From an uncultured Anaeromyxobacteraceae bacterium (GTDB taxonomy: Bacteria; Myxococcota_A; UBA9042; DTJE01), in contig CAYYCO010000002.1 of assembly GCA_964470365.1 (NCBI GenBank), positions 76,044 to 140,043 on the forward strand: a stretch of 64,000 nucleotides of DNA, given 5' to 3'. Positions 38,451 to 47,775 of the stretch are shown piece by piece (the stretch's first letter is position 1; the number at the start of each line of letters is the position of its first letter). The notes beneath the pieces were generated by a model, which saw only the letters and a program-made list of their open reading frames with translations, ran no database searches and was not told the DNA's origin. The position numbers and the translations under genes are program-made.

Positions 38451-39890
38451 TCACCAGACGCCGGTCCGAAGGTACAGGTCGATTGACCGTGCGGCCCGGC
38501 GACCGTCGCCCATCGCAAGGATGACCGTGGCGCCGCCCCTTACGATGTCGCCGCCCGCAAACACGCCCCGCATGGACGTCCTGCCCGTTTCGGCGTCGGC
38601 GACGATGTTGCCCCACTTGTTCGTCGATATCGCGGGCGTGGCCTCCGTGATGATCGGGTTCGCGCCGTTTCCGATTGCGACAATCACGACGTCGGCGGGG
38701 ATTACGAATTCGCTGCCCTCGATCGGCACCGGCCTTGGCCGGCCGCTTCGGTCCGGTTCGCCGAGCGCCATCTTGAGGCACTTCACGCCCGTCACCCAGC
38801 CGTTTTCGTCGGCGAGTATCTCGATGCCGTCCTGCAGCAGCTCGAAACGGACGCCCTCTTCCCTGGCGTGATGGATTTCCTCGATCCTCGCCGGCATTTC
38901 GCTTTCGCCGCGCCGGTAGACGATGATCGATTCTTCCGCCCCCAGGCGGAGCGCCGTGCGGGCGGCGTCCATCGCGACGTTGCCGCCGCCGAACGTCACG
39001 ACCCGCCTGCCCCGCATCACCGGCGTGCCGGACGACGCGCCGAAGTTGTACGCGTCCATCAGGTTGGCCCTGGTCAGGTATTCGTTGGCCGAGTAGACCC
39101 CGAGGGAGTCCTCGCCCGGAATCTTCTTGAACCATGGAAGCCCGGCGCCGGTCGCGATAAAGATCGCCTCGAAACCGTCGTCGAACAGTTCCTGAATCGA
39201 CGTGGACTTGCCGATGGCCATGTTCCTGACGATTTTCACGCCCCGCGACCTCAGGGCATCGACCTCGAAGTCCACAATGGCCTTCGGGAGGCGGAATTCC
39301 GGGATGCCGTAGACGAGTACCCCGCCGGTGCGGTGGAGCGCCTCGAAAATGGTGACGTCGTAACCGAGTGCGTTCAGGTCGCCGGCCGCGGTCAACCCGC
39401 CTGGACCGGAGCCGATCACGGCGACCCGGCGGCCGGTCGGCGCGGCAGCGGCGGGATTGTCACCGCCGGCCCCGTTTTCCCGGTCCCAGTCGGCGACGAA
39501 CCGTTCCAGCTTGCCGATCTGGACGCTCTTCGCCGGATCCTTGCGGGATTTGGCGACGGTACAGACCGCCTGACACTGTTCCTCCTGGGGACAGACACGG
39601 CCGCAGACGGCTGGCAGGCAGTTGGTTTCCCTGATGCGTTCGGCGGCATCGTGGAACCTGCCTTCGGAGACCATTTCAATGAATCCCGGGATGTCGACGG
39701 CAACGGGGCACCCGGCGACGCACGGTCTGGTCCTGCACAGAAGACATCGCCGCGCCTCCTGCATTGCCTCATCCGGTGAGTATCCGAGCGGCACTTCGCG
39801 GATATTGCGGCGGCGCACTTCCGGATCCTGTTCCCTCATCGGCACCGGTTCGATGGCGAGTCTTTCGCGGGGTGTCAGTTTTTCAGCCAC
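38451..39890 (-). CDS. nfnB: NfnB/SudA/GltD-like FAD- and 2x[4Fe-4S]-containing NAD(P)H oxidoreductase large subunit
   Basis: N-terminal Cys clusters (CLLCRTRPCVAGCP...CGRVCPQEEQCQAVC). Rossmann GSGPGGLTAAGDL. Second dinucleotide fold. 8-nt overlap with the upstream partner gene. Confidence 0.75.
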   Translation of the reverse strand: MAEKLTPRERLAIEPVPMREQDPEVRRRNIREVPLGYSPDEAMQEARRCLLCRTRPCVAGCPVAVDIPGFIEMVSEGRFHDAAERIRETNCLPAVCGRVCPQEEQCQAVCTVAKSRKDPAKSVQIGKLERFVADWDRENGAGGDNPAAAAPTGRRVAVIGSGPGGLTAAGDLNALGYDVTIFEALHRTGGVLVYGIPEFRLPKAIVDFEVDALRSRGVKIVRNMAIGKSTSIQELFDDGFEAIFIATGAGLPWFKKIPGEDSLGVYSANEYLTRANLMDAYNFGASSGTPVMRGRRVVTFGGGNVAMDAARTALRLGAEESIIVYRRGESEMPARIEEIHHAREEGVRFELLQDGIEILADENGWVTGVKCLKMALGEPDRSGRPRPVPIEGSEFVIPADVVIVAIGNGANPIITEATPAISTNKWGNIVADAETGRTSMRGVFAGGDIVRGGATVILAMGDGRRAARSIDLYLRTGVW

Positions 39891-40767
39891 GTTTCAGCTC
39901 CCTGATCCTGGCGTCGAGCCTGCAGGCGTGATCCTTCCTGAACGCTTCGTAAGATTCCTTCTCATCGGACACGTACATCCGCTGCCTGCGCATCATGGCG
40001 TCGAAGTCGACCCCGTGGCCGTCGAATTCGGGCCCGTCCACGCACACGAATTTCGTTTCACCGTTCACGTTGACGCGGCAGCCGCCGCACATGCCGGTTC
40101 CATCGATCATGACGGTGTTCAGGCTGACCAGCGTCCGGACCCCGAATTCCCGCGTAAGCTGCGAGACCGCCTTCATCATGATCGGCGGGCCGATCGCCAC
40201 GACGAGATCGATCCCGGCGCCGGGAGCCGCCAGCATGTCCCGCAGCGCGTCGGTTACGAACCCCTTCCTGCCGTAGGAACCGTCGTCGGTGACGCAGATG
40301 ACGTCGTCAGAGGCCGCACGCATCTCGGCTTCCATGATCAGAAGTTCGCGGGTGCGCGCCCCGATTATGGAAGTGACATGGTTGCCGGCCTTCTTCATGG
40401 CCTGCGCAATCGGGTGTGACGGGGCGACCCCGATCCCGCCGCCAACGCACACCACATGACCGAATTTTTCGATGTGGGTGGGCCGCCCGAGCGGCCCCGC
40501 GATATCGGCGAGTTCGCCGCCTGCCTCGATGAGTGCCATTTCCGCGGTGGTTCGGCCGACGACCTGGTAAACCAGTGTGATGGTCCCGGCGTCCGGCGAC
40601 GCGTCGGCAATCGTCAGGGGTATCCTTTCCCCGCCCGCGCCCGGCCGGACTATGACGAACTGGCCGGCCTTGCGGTGCCCGGCGATGTGCGGGGCCTCGA
40701 CCACCATCCTGAACACGGACGGGGCGATGGGATCATTGCAGTGAATCCTGAAGCCAGGCTGCGACAT
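39883..40767 (-). CDS. nfnA: NfnA/SudB/PyrK-like FAD + [2Fe-2S] electron-transfer subunit
   Basis: Start at MSQPGF (SD GGAGGA). The 97-aa R/S/P-rich upstream extension of the ORF is rejected. Ferredoxin-NADP-reductase-like barrel and C-terminal Cys cluster (GMCGGCRV...FVCVDGP). Confidence 0.7.
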   Translation of the reverse strand: MSQPGFRIHCNDPIAPSVFRMVVEAPHIAGHRKAGQFVIVRPGAGGERIPLTIADASPDAGTITLVYQVVGRTTAEMALIEAGGELADIAGPLGRPTHIEKFGHVVCVGGGIGVAPSHPIAQAMKKAGNHVTSIIGARTRELLIMEAEMRAASDDVICVTDDGSYGRKGFVTDALRDMLAAPGAGIDLVVAIGPPIMMKAVSQLTREFGVRTLVSLNTVMIDGTGMCGGCRVNVNGETKFVCVDGPEFDGHGVDFDAMMRRQRMYVSDEKESYEAFRKDHACRLDARIRELKRG

Positions 40768-40786
40768 ACGATCCTCCGGGGTGGGA

Positions 40787-42586
40787 TCAGTTATTTCCAG
40801 ATTCGGGGGTAACGGGTTCTTCGGGCTGCGCGGGTGTGGGAACCGGTTCCGAGGGGGCGGCCGCTTCGTCGCGGGCGCGTTCCTCGTCGGCGATCTTCTT
40901 CGCGAGAATCTCGAGTTCCACCAGTTCGCCCGCCGCGGCGGCATTGGCGCGCAGCGTGTCGTACCAGTCGCGCCACATGGCGAGCCGCTTGAACAGGCCG
41001 AGTTCCGCCGTGACCTGCTGGATTTCCGCCTCGGTCGGCTCGACGTTCGAAATTTCACCCTTCAGCCTGACTGCAAAAACGCTTGCGCTGCCCTCGGGCC
41101 GGACCGGCTTGGCAAGAACGCGGGCCGCGGGAGTCAGGGACGCGAGATCATCGGTCAGTCCTTCGGCCTTCCCGAGCCCTGGAATGATCCCGGGGTTGTA
41201 ATCCATCATGGCCCCGATGTTTTCGGGAACCGCCGCGATGTCGCCCGTTTCGCCGACGTGAACCGGCGTGTGGGGCGCGTACTGCGCGTTCAGCTGCGTG
41301 GCGACGTCAATCAAGGCGGCGTCCGGCGCGGACTGCAGCGCGGCGATGGCGCGGGTCGCCAGCGCGTCGAGTTCGACGGCGGACTTTTCTTCGCCGAGAA
41401 GCTTGCGGGCAATCACCTCGAAGGAACGATCGAAGTCCGGTTCGGACTTCGGACGCCGCGAATCGAGCATCACGATGAAGAAGCCCTTGTCGGACTTGAT
41501 GACCGGTGACGCCTGCATTTCGACAAGGCCGTCCAGCGCCGCGGCCACCTCGGCGCCGTAGAGCGTCGAAACCGCTTCCGGGGAGAGCGCCGTCATTGCG
41601 CGGCCACCCAGCGTACGGGTGTCGGCATCTTCGGATTCGGCCTTCGCCAGCGCCTCGATCGCGTCGCGCAGATCGCTGCCGACCCGCCCCTTCAGCCCTT
41701 CCGCGGCGGCGTTCGCCCTGGCCGCGTCGGAGTATTTCACGACGTGGAAGTCGAACCCGGCCTCGACCGCGAAGTCGGCCTGGTGCTGTTCGAAGTAGGC
41801 GCGCGCCTTTTCCCTGTTGGCCTTCATCCAGGCCGTCACTTCCCGCTGATCGCCGACGAGGGCGGCAGCCAGGAGCGCCGGGGAGATTTCAAGATATTCG
41901 TACGAACGGACGTTCTTGCGCTGCGCGGCGACGAAGCGGGCCTCGCGCTCCGGGACGACCTGGCCGGCGGTGACCAGCCCGATCATCTTTTCGCGCTCGA
42001 TTTCGCGCGCCACGAAATCCTCGAATTCCTGGAACGTGGCGTGCAGTTCCCAGCGAACCCAGTTCTGGTAGTACCTGGACTTGAATTCGCCGGTCGACGG
42101 GTCCCTGAACTGAGACACGATGCGTTCCCGCACCTCTTCGGGGCTGGCGATGAAGCCGTTCTTCCTGGCCTCTTCGGACACGAGCCACGTTTCGATGAGA
42201 TCGTCCGCGACCTTGCGGTACTTAGTCATCGAAACCCTGCGCGGATCCGAACCGAACGCCATGAAGCGCTGGTCGCCGGGGAAACGCTGGAAACGGCCGC
42301 GCATGTACGCCATGGCCTGGCGGATCATGTCTTCCGACGGTTCCTGACCCGGACGGGGAGGATCGATCGTCAGGCGCAGGCCCATTTCCAGGTCCTGGGT
42401 GTCGATGACGCCGTCGCCGACCTTGATCAGTTCGGCGGCCGCTTCAGCCTTGGGTCCGGCAGCGCCGGCATTCCCGCGGCGCCGCGAACCGGCCATGTTG
42501 AACGACAGCACGAAGACGACGATGATGACGCCAAAAAGCACGTAAATGATTACGGATTTGGAGTGTTTCCTGAGCTCTGCAAGCAT
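40787..42586 (-). CDS. membrane-anchored periplasmic chaperone of the SurA-N/PpiD family
   Basis: N-terminal TM anchor. Long helical SurA_N-like region. Degenerate parvulin-like segment. Ala/Pro/Glu-rich tail. Confidence 0.5.
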   Translation of the reverse strand: MLAELRKHSKSVIIYVLFGVIIVVFVLSFNMAGSRRRGNAGAAGPKAEAAAELIKVGDGVIDTQDLEMGLRLTIDPPRPGQEPSEDMIRQAMAYMRGRFQRFPGDQRFMAFGSDPRRVSMTKYRKVADDLIETWLVSEEARKNGFIASPEEVRERIVSQFRDPSTGEFKSRYYQNWVRWELHATFQEFEDFVAREIEREKMIGLVTAGQVVPEREARFVAAQRKNVRSYEYLEISPALLAAALVGDQREVTAWMKANREKARAYFEQHQADFAVEAGFDFHVVKYSDAARANAAAEGLKGRVGSDLRDAIEALAKAESEDADTRTLGGRAMTALSPEAVSTLYGAEVAAALDGLVEMQASPVIKSDKGFFIVMLDSRRPKSEPDFDRSFEVIARKLLGEEKSAVELDALATRAIAALQSAPDAALIDVATQLNAQYAPHTPVHVGETGDIAAVPENIGAMMDYNPGIIPGLGKAEGLTDDLASLTPAARVLAKPVRPEGSASVFAVRLKGEISNVEPTEAEIQQVTAELGLFKRLAMWRDWYDTLRANAAAAGELVELEILAKKIADEERARDEAAAPSEPVPTPAQPEEPVTPESGNN

Positions 42587-42671
42587 TCAATGGCTCCTGG
42601 GATCAAAAAGACAAAAGCGGCAGGAGTTTACTTCAAGTAAGTGCCCTGCGCAACAGCAGGAAAAAGGGTCT

Positions 42672-43898
42672 TCAAACCTTTTCGAGCAGGTGCCCCATCC
42701 GTGATTTCTTGGTTTCCAGGTAGGCCTTGTCGCGACTGCCGCGGGGCGGAACCTCTATCTGCACGCGCTCGACCACCTCAAGACCGAATCCGGACAGGCC
42801 TACTATCTTGCGCGGATTGTTGGTGAGCAGCCGCAGTTTCCGGAGGCCGAGGTGTGCAAGTATCTGGGCGCCCGTGCCGTAATCGCGGAGATCGGGCGCG
42901 AAGCCGAGGCTGGTGTTTGCATCGACAGTGTCCAGCCCTGAGTCCTGGAGCGCGTACGCCTTGATCTTGTTGGCGATCCCGATGCCGCGCCCTTCCTGCC
43001 TGAGGTAAAGAATGACCCCGCCTTCTGCGGCGATGCGCCTGATGGAATATTCAAGCTGGAGCCCGCAGTCGCAGCGCTGCGAATGGAACACGTCGCCGGT
43101 CAGGCATTCGGAATGGACACGGACCAGGGTCGGGCCGGGACCGATGTCCCCGCGGACCATCGCCACGTGGGCCCCGCCCCGCAGGGTGTCTTCGTAGACG
43201 ACCGCCCGGAAGGGGCCCCATTCCGTCCGGACCATCGCCGAACCGACTGCGTGGACAAGAAGTTCCTTCTGCATGCGCCAGGCGATGACGTCGGCGACCG
43301 TCACGACGGGAATTCCGTTGCGGCGGCCGATTTCCATCAGTTCGTCGAACGTGGCGGCCGAACCGTCCTCGGAAAGGATCTGGCTGATCACGGCCGCCGG
43401 CGTACGTCCGGCCATGCGGCACAGGTCCACCGACGCCTCAGTCTGGCCGGCGCGGTTCAGCACGCCGCCCGGCACCGCCCGCAGCGGGAATACGTGTCCG
43501 GGAACGACAAAATCCGCCATCGACGCATGGTCGCTGCACAGGTCCTCGATGGTCCTCGCGCGGTCGAAAGCCGAAATGCCCGTCGTCGTCCCGGCACGGG
43601 AATCGACGGACACGGTGAATGCCGAACCGAAATGCGCCGTATTGCGGCTGGACATCATCGGGATGCCCGCGCGATCGACCATTTCATGCGTCATCGCCAC
43701 GCAGACCAGTCCGCTGGCAATCTTGGTCATGCGGTTCACCGATTCCGGCGTCACCGTGTCGGCCGCGAAGACCAGGTCGCCCTCGTCGCCGCGTTCGCGA
43801 TCATCGACGATGATGACCATTCCGCCCAGCCGCAGCGAATCGACCGCTTCCACGACCGATGCCGTCCCGCGCGCCCTGTCAGCAGATCCCCTTGCCAT
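42672..43898 (-). CDS. ribBA: bifunctional 3,4-dihydroxy-2-butanone-4-phosphate synthase / GTP cyclohydrolase II
   Basis: DHBP synthase motifs (VDDRERGDEGDL, RMTKIASGLVC). GTP cyclohydrolase II Zn motif (ECLTGDVFHSQRCDCG). Start at MARGS. Confidence 0.9.
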   Translation of the reverse strand: MARGSADRARGTASVVEAVDSLRLGGMVIIVDDRERGDEGDLVFAADTVTPESVNRMTKIASGLVCVAMTHEMVDRAGIPMMSSRNTAHFGSAFTVSVDSRAGTTTGISAFDRARTIEDLCSDHASMADFVVPGHVFPLRAVPGGVLNRAGQTEASVDLCRMAGRTPAAVISQILSEDGSAATFDELMEIGRRNGIPVVTVADVIAWRMQKELLVHAVGSAMVRTEWGPFRAVVYEDTLRGGAHVAMVRGDIGPGPTLVRVHSECLTGDVFHSQRCDCGLQLEYSIRRIAAEGGVILYLRQEGRGIGIANKIKAYALQDSGLDTVDANTSLGFAPDLRDYGTGAQILAHLGLRKLRLLTNNPRKIVGLSGFGLEVVERVQIEVPPRGSRDKAYLETKKSRMGHLLEKV

Positions 43899-44063
43899 GC
43901 GGAGTCCCACCTCGAAACCGGCCGAATGATGACAGCCTAACCGCCCCAAGTCAACGCACCGGGGCGTGTGGACGCCCGTTGTCACGGCGCCTGGCGCCGG
44001 CTTCGGGTGGCCGGTGCATAAATGCTATAATCCGCCGCGGCACAAGCCGATTCGGAGGGTCTC

Positions 44064-44771
44064 ATGGATGCCGGCGTTCCGGAATCTTTTGGAATCAACG
44101 TGTTCGAGCAGGTCGTGGCCTCGCGGGGCATGGTCCTTTTCGTCCTGCTGCTGCTCATCGCCATGTCTCTGGTGTGCTGGTTCATCATCGGCGTGAAGGC
44201 CTGGTCCTTCCGCAGGATGCGCCGGCAGACCGAAGAATTCATCAAGGCGTTCTGGGCGGCACAGAACCTGGACGAAGTACGCGAATCGGCACGGCGCCTG
44301 GCGGACTCGCCTGTGTCGCGCATCTTTTCGGCCGCCTACACCGAAATGAAACGAAACAAGGAGGGCCATGGCAGCAGCGGCCCCATCAGTGTGGACTCGG
44401 ACTTCGGGTTTGAAAACGTCGAACGCACCCTCCGCAGGACGGTCCAGGAGGAAACCACGCGCCTTGAGAAGCTGACGCCGTTCCTGGCGACCACCGGATC
44501 CGCCGCGCCCTTCATCGGGCTGTTCGGCACCGTCTGGGGAATCATGAACGCCTTCGCGTACATATCGCCCGACCGCCCCGTTCTCGAAACCGTCACGCCG
44601 CACATCGCCCAGGCCCTGGTCGCCACCGCGATCGGCCTGCTGGCCGCCATCCCGGCGGTAATGGCGTTCAACTTCTTCAATTCGAAGATCCGGGTGCTGG
44701 TGGTCGAGATGGAAAACTTCTCAATCGACTTCCTGAACATCCTGAAGCGCCACTTTTTCAGGGAACGGTGA
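44064..44771 (+). CDS. tolQ: TolQ/ExbB/MotA-family proton channel
   Basis: 3 TM helices. Conserved C-terminal TolQ region (GLFGTVWGIMNAF...ALVATAIGLLAAIPAV). Confidence 0.85.
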   Translation: MDAGVPESFGINVFEQVVASRGMVLFVLLLLIAMSLVCWFIIGVKAWSFRRMRRQTEEFIKAFWAAQNLDEVRESARRLADSPVSRIFSAAYTEMKRNKEGHGSSGPISVDSDFGFENVERTLRRTVQEETTRLEKLTPFLATTGSAAPFIGLFGTVWGIMNAFAYISPDRPVLETVTPHIAQALVATAIGLLAAIPAVMAFNFFNSKIRVLVVEMENFSIDFLNILKRHFFRER

Positions 44772-44819
44772 GGGCGCGGGGGCCTTCGCGGCCCCGGACA
44801 GGCGTCCCGGGAGGGTCCG

Positions 44820-45410
44820 ATGGGTATGGGAGGAAGCGGCGGCAGCCACCGCGGAATGATGGCCGACATCAACGTCACCCCGCTGGTCGACGTGATGCTG
44901 GTGCTGCTGATCATCTTCATGATCTCCTCGTCGATTGAGACGATGCAGGTCCAGCAGGAAAAGCAGCGCATCGAAAAGACGGCGGAGCAGCAGAACCTGG
45001 ACCGGAACGTGCCGGTCAACCTGCCGAAGACCAACGCCGAGCCGGTCAACCTGGCCGAGGAACAGAAACTGGTTCTGTCGATAACGCCGGACGTGAAATT
45101 CTTCCTGGGCGAAACCATGATCCTCGACTGCCTGGCGGTCGCTCCGGGCATCAGGCCGGCGGTCGCGACCGATTCGCGGCGCTCGTGGGGCGAGGGAGAT
45201 GACGCGGCATTCGTGCCCTGCCTGGACTCCCTGGTCAAGAAGCTGGAACCGAACGCGAAGCTCCAGACCGACAAGGAATTGTACCTGCGTGCCGACCGCA
45301 GCCTGCCGTACGGCCTGACGCTCAAGGTGATGGCCCGGATCAGGGCGGCGGGGGTCGGGAAGTTCGGACTGGTGTCGGACTCGGAACCGGATGCCGGCGA
45401 CGGCGGTTGA
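44820..45410 (+). CDS. tolR: TolR/ExbD biopolymer transport protein
   Basis: INVTPLVDVMLVLLIIFM TM helix with the conserved Asp. Periplasmic domain. Confidence 0.8.
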   Translation: MGMGGSGGSHRGMMADINVTPLVDVMLVLLIIFMISSSIETMQVQQEKQRIEKTAEQQNLDRNVPVNLPKTNAEPVNLAEEQKLVLSITPDVKFFLGETMILDCLAVAPGIRPAVATDSRRSWGEGDDAAFVPCLDSLVKKLEPNAKLQTDKELYLRADRSLPYGLTLKVMARIRAAGVGKFGLVSDSEPDAGDGG

Positions 45411-45454
45411 CGGGTTGAATCTGCCCGCCTGACGGCGCGGCACGGGGCTTTACG

Positions 45455-46360
45455 ATGGCGTTTCTGGACAGGACGGCCGCGGGCCTGGGACTTCCCGACA
45501 GGAAACACCTCCTGTTCGGCGTGGTACTGACGATTGCCGTCCACATCGTTATCGTCGTCGCGCTGGCCACTGCCGGCGGCGGACAGGGCGATCCGCTGGC
45601 ATCGCTGATGGCCGGACCGCAGCGCATGTGCGGCGACGCCAGGTGTCCAGAACCGCCGTTCATGTCCCTGCGGCGCGGCCCCGACGCGATGGACGTGATG
45701 GACGCCGGGATTGTCGAGGCGTCGGTGGTGCCGATGCTGGGCATGGCGAAAAAGATGCCCGGCCAGCTTCCGCGTTTCCAGAAATACGAGCAGGCGGCGC
45801 GCACGGACGAGGCCGTCAACATATCGAAGAAAAACCAGGACACCAGGGAAATCAAAAACAAGGACGTCAAGGCGAAGGATGCTGAACTGGATCGCCGCCG
45901 CAAGAAAAAGGACCTCGGCGACATCCTCGACGACGTGCCGGACAACGATGACCCGCGCGCCAGGGCGACGGCGCTCGACAAGATACTCGGTTCGGAAAAC
46001 GGTTCCGTCAACGGTTTCGGCACCGAGGCGAAGGAAGGCAGCGAATACGGCGCCAGGGTGGGCGAAGCCATCAGGGCGCAGTTCACCATTCCTCCTTACC
46101 TGACCGATGCCCAGCTCAAGAGGCTCAGCGTCAGCATCCAGATTTCAAAGATCAGCGCGGCCGGCCAGATCATTGAATACAAGGTTGTCAGCACGTCGTC
46201 CGACAACAACTTCAACAACGCGGCACTGTACGCCATCAAACGATTTTCACAGAAGGACGGCGGCAGCGCGTTCCTTCCGGCACCCGACATGAAGACGCTC
46301 GACTTCGTCAACCGGCGCGGAATCAGGGTGGATCTGAACGGCGCCCTGTTCAGGAGATGA
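45455..46360 (+). CDS. tolA: TolA/TonB-like energy-transducing protein
   Basis: N-terminal TM. Lys/Asp/Glu-rich extended middle region. C-terminal TonB_C/TolA_III-like domain. Confidence 0.6.
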   Translation: MAFLDRTAAGLGLPDRKHLLFGVVLTIAVHIVIVVALATAGGGQGDPLASLMAGPQRMCGDARCPEPPFMSLRRGPDAMDVMDAGIVEASVVPMLGMAKKMPGQLPRFQKYEQAARTDEAVNISKKNQDTREIKNKDVKAKDAELDRRRKKKDLGDILDDVPDNDDPRARATALDKILGSENGSVNGFGTEAKEGSEYGARVGEAIRAQFTIPPYLTDAQLKRLSVSIQISKISAAGQIIEYKVVSTSSDNNFNNAALYAIKRFSQKDGGSAFLPAPDMKTLDFVNRRGIRVDLNGALFRR

Positions 46361-46361
46361 A

Positions 46362-47759
46362 TTGACCGGTTCCGCATCCATGCCGGCCGCGGCCGCCCTC
46401 TCAATCATCCTGTCCGCGCTGTTACCGGCGGGCGCCGGGGCAGCTCCCGGTGACGTATCGACCGGGTTGCCGGCGGCATTCGAAAATCCCGCCCCGGCGG
46501 ACGACAGATGCGGCGAATTCGGCTGGAACCCGGCGGTGCAGGCATCGGTCCCGGTCGCCTGGCCGCTCATTCTCGACCTGTCCCCGGCGGGCGCGCTTGA
46601 ACAGGAGGCGGTCAGGCTCGCGGACGCGGCGGCCGGTTACCTTTCCCTGACCGGCGCCTTCGAGGTTCTCGGGCGCGACGTCGCCCCGACCGGCGGCGCG
46701 ATAACCTGGATTTCACCGCTCGCATTCGACTACCTGGGCTGGCGGCAGGCCGGGTGCTGGATGGTCGTGACGGGAACCATCGCCCCGGCCGACGGCGGCC
46801 TCGTCAGCGTCGAACTCGCCGCCTGGCTCACCGAAGAAGGCAACAGCCTTCGGATATCCGGCCGGACGGCAGTGATTCCGCCGGCCGACATCGCCCTGTT
46901 CGCGTCCAGGTTCGTCGAGGCGGTCGCGGCCTGCGTCACCGGCGTCCCGGGCATGCTCGACACCAGGGTGGCATATGCCAGGAAAAAGGCTGGCGGCGTA
47001 AAGGAAATCTGGGTTTCCGACATCGGATCGGGAGGACAGAAACAGGTCAGTTCCGACGGGGTGCTGGCCGTGCTGCCGGCGTGGGGTCCCGGGGGCACGG
47101 TGGCCTGGACCGGATACGCTGCCGGGAATCCCGACGTGTACCTCGACGGTCGCCGCTTCGGGGATCGGGAGGGCATGAGCACCGGAATCGCCTTCTCACC
47201 CGACGGTAAGTTCGCTGCCGTCACCTGGGCGCGCGAGGCGTCGTCCGACATCTACCTCGTGGATCCCGGCGACGGTGGCGAGGTCGCGCGCCTGACGACG
47301 TCCCACGGCGACGACATGAGCCCGGCCTGGTCGCCGGATTCCGGCAGGATCGCATTTGTCTCCGACCGCTTCGGCTACCCCAGCATATTCGTCATGAACC
47401 GCGACGGAACGGAACAGGAACAGCTCCCGCTCCCGGGCAACTACAACACCGGGCCGGACTGGTCGCCGGACGGAACCAGGATCGCCTGGCAGAGCCGCGG
47501 CGCGAAGTCGCGCTTCTCGATCTGGACTTACGACGTGCAGACGGGGCAGGCACGGAAGATCAGCAGGGACGCCCATAACAACGAGGAACCGTCATGGTCC
47601 TCGGACGGAAGGTTCATCGTCTACACGTCGACACGCGGCGGCCGCAAGATGCTTTACATCATGAACGCCGACGGTTCGGGCGCCAGGCCGGTCTTCCAGG
47701 ACGACGCCGAATACTACACGCCGGCGTGGGAAAGACGCATACCCCGGATCCGGCCGTGA
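46362..47759 (+). CDS. tolB: TolB periplasmic beta-propeller protein
   Basis: Repeated ...SP(D/A)WSPDG...IAF...G...IY... blades typical of the TolB C-terminal propeller. Confidence 0.8.
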   Translation: MTGSASMPAAAALSIILSALLPAGAGAAPGDVSTGLPAAFENPAPADDRCGEFGWNPAVQASVPVAWPLILDLSPAGALEQEAVRLADAAAGYLSLTGAFEVLGRDVAPTGGAITWISPLAFDYLGWRQAGCWMVVTGTIAPADGGLVSVELAAWLTEEGNSLRISGRTAVIPPADIALFASRFVEAVAACVTGVPGMLDTRVAYARKKAGGVKEIWVSDIGSGGQKQVSSDGVLAVLPAWGPGGTVAWTGYAAGNPDVYLDGRRFGDREGMSTGIAFSPDGKFAAVTWAREASSDIYLVDPGDGGEVARLTTSHGDDMSPAWSPDSGRIAFVSDRFGYPSIFVMNRDGTEQEQLPLPGNYNTGPDWSPDGTRIAWQSRGAKSRFSIWTYDVQTGQARKISRDAHNNEEPSWSSDGRFIVYTSTRGGRKMLYIMNADGSGARPVFQDDAEYYTPAWERRIPRIRP

Positions 47760-47775
47760 GGATGCCGCGGCACAA

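Noticed and set aside
40768-41058. N-terminal 97-aa Arg/Ser/Pro-rich extension of the NfnA-like ORF, and similar extensions on the CN hydrolase (11024-11366), ribBA, the PqqD-like gene and the giant gene (26244-26441)
   Set aside because: Low-complexity composition. In each case an internal Met has a good Shine-Dalgarno sequence and the homologous domain begins exactly there.
43899-44063. Possible FMN riboswitch upstream of ribBA
   Set aside because: I looked for the RFN core (GGUGAAAUUCC, CCGACAGUA, AGUCCGGAUG) in the ribBA leader and did not find it. The region more likely holds the divergent tolQ and ribBA promoters.
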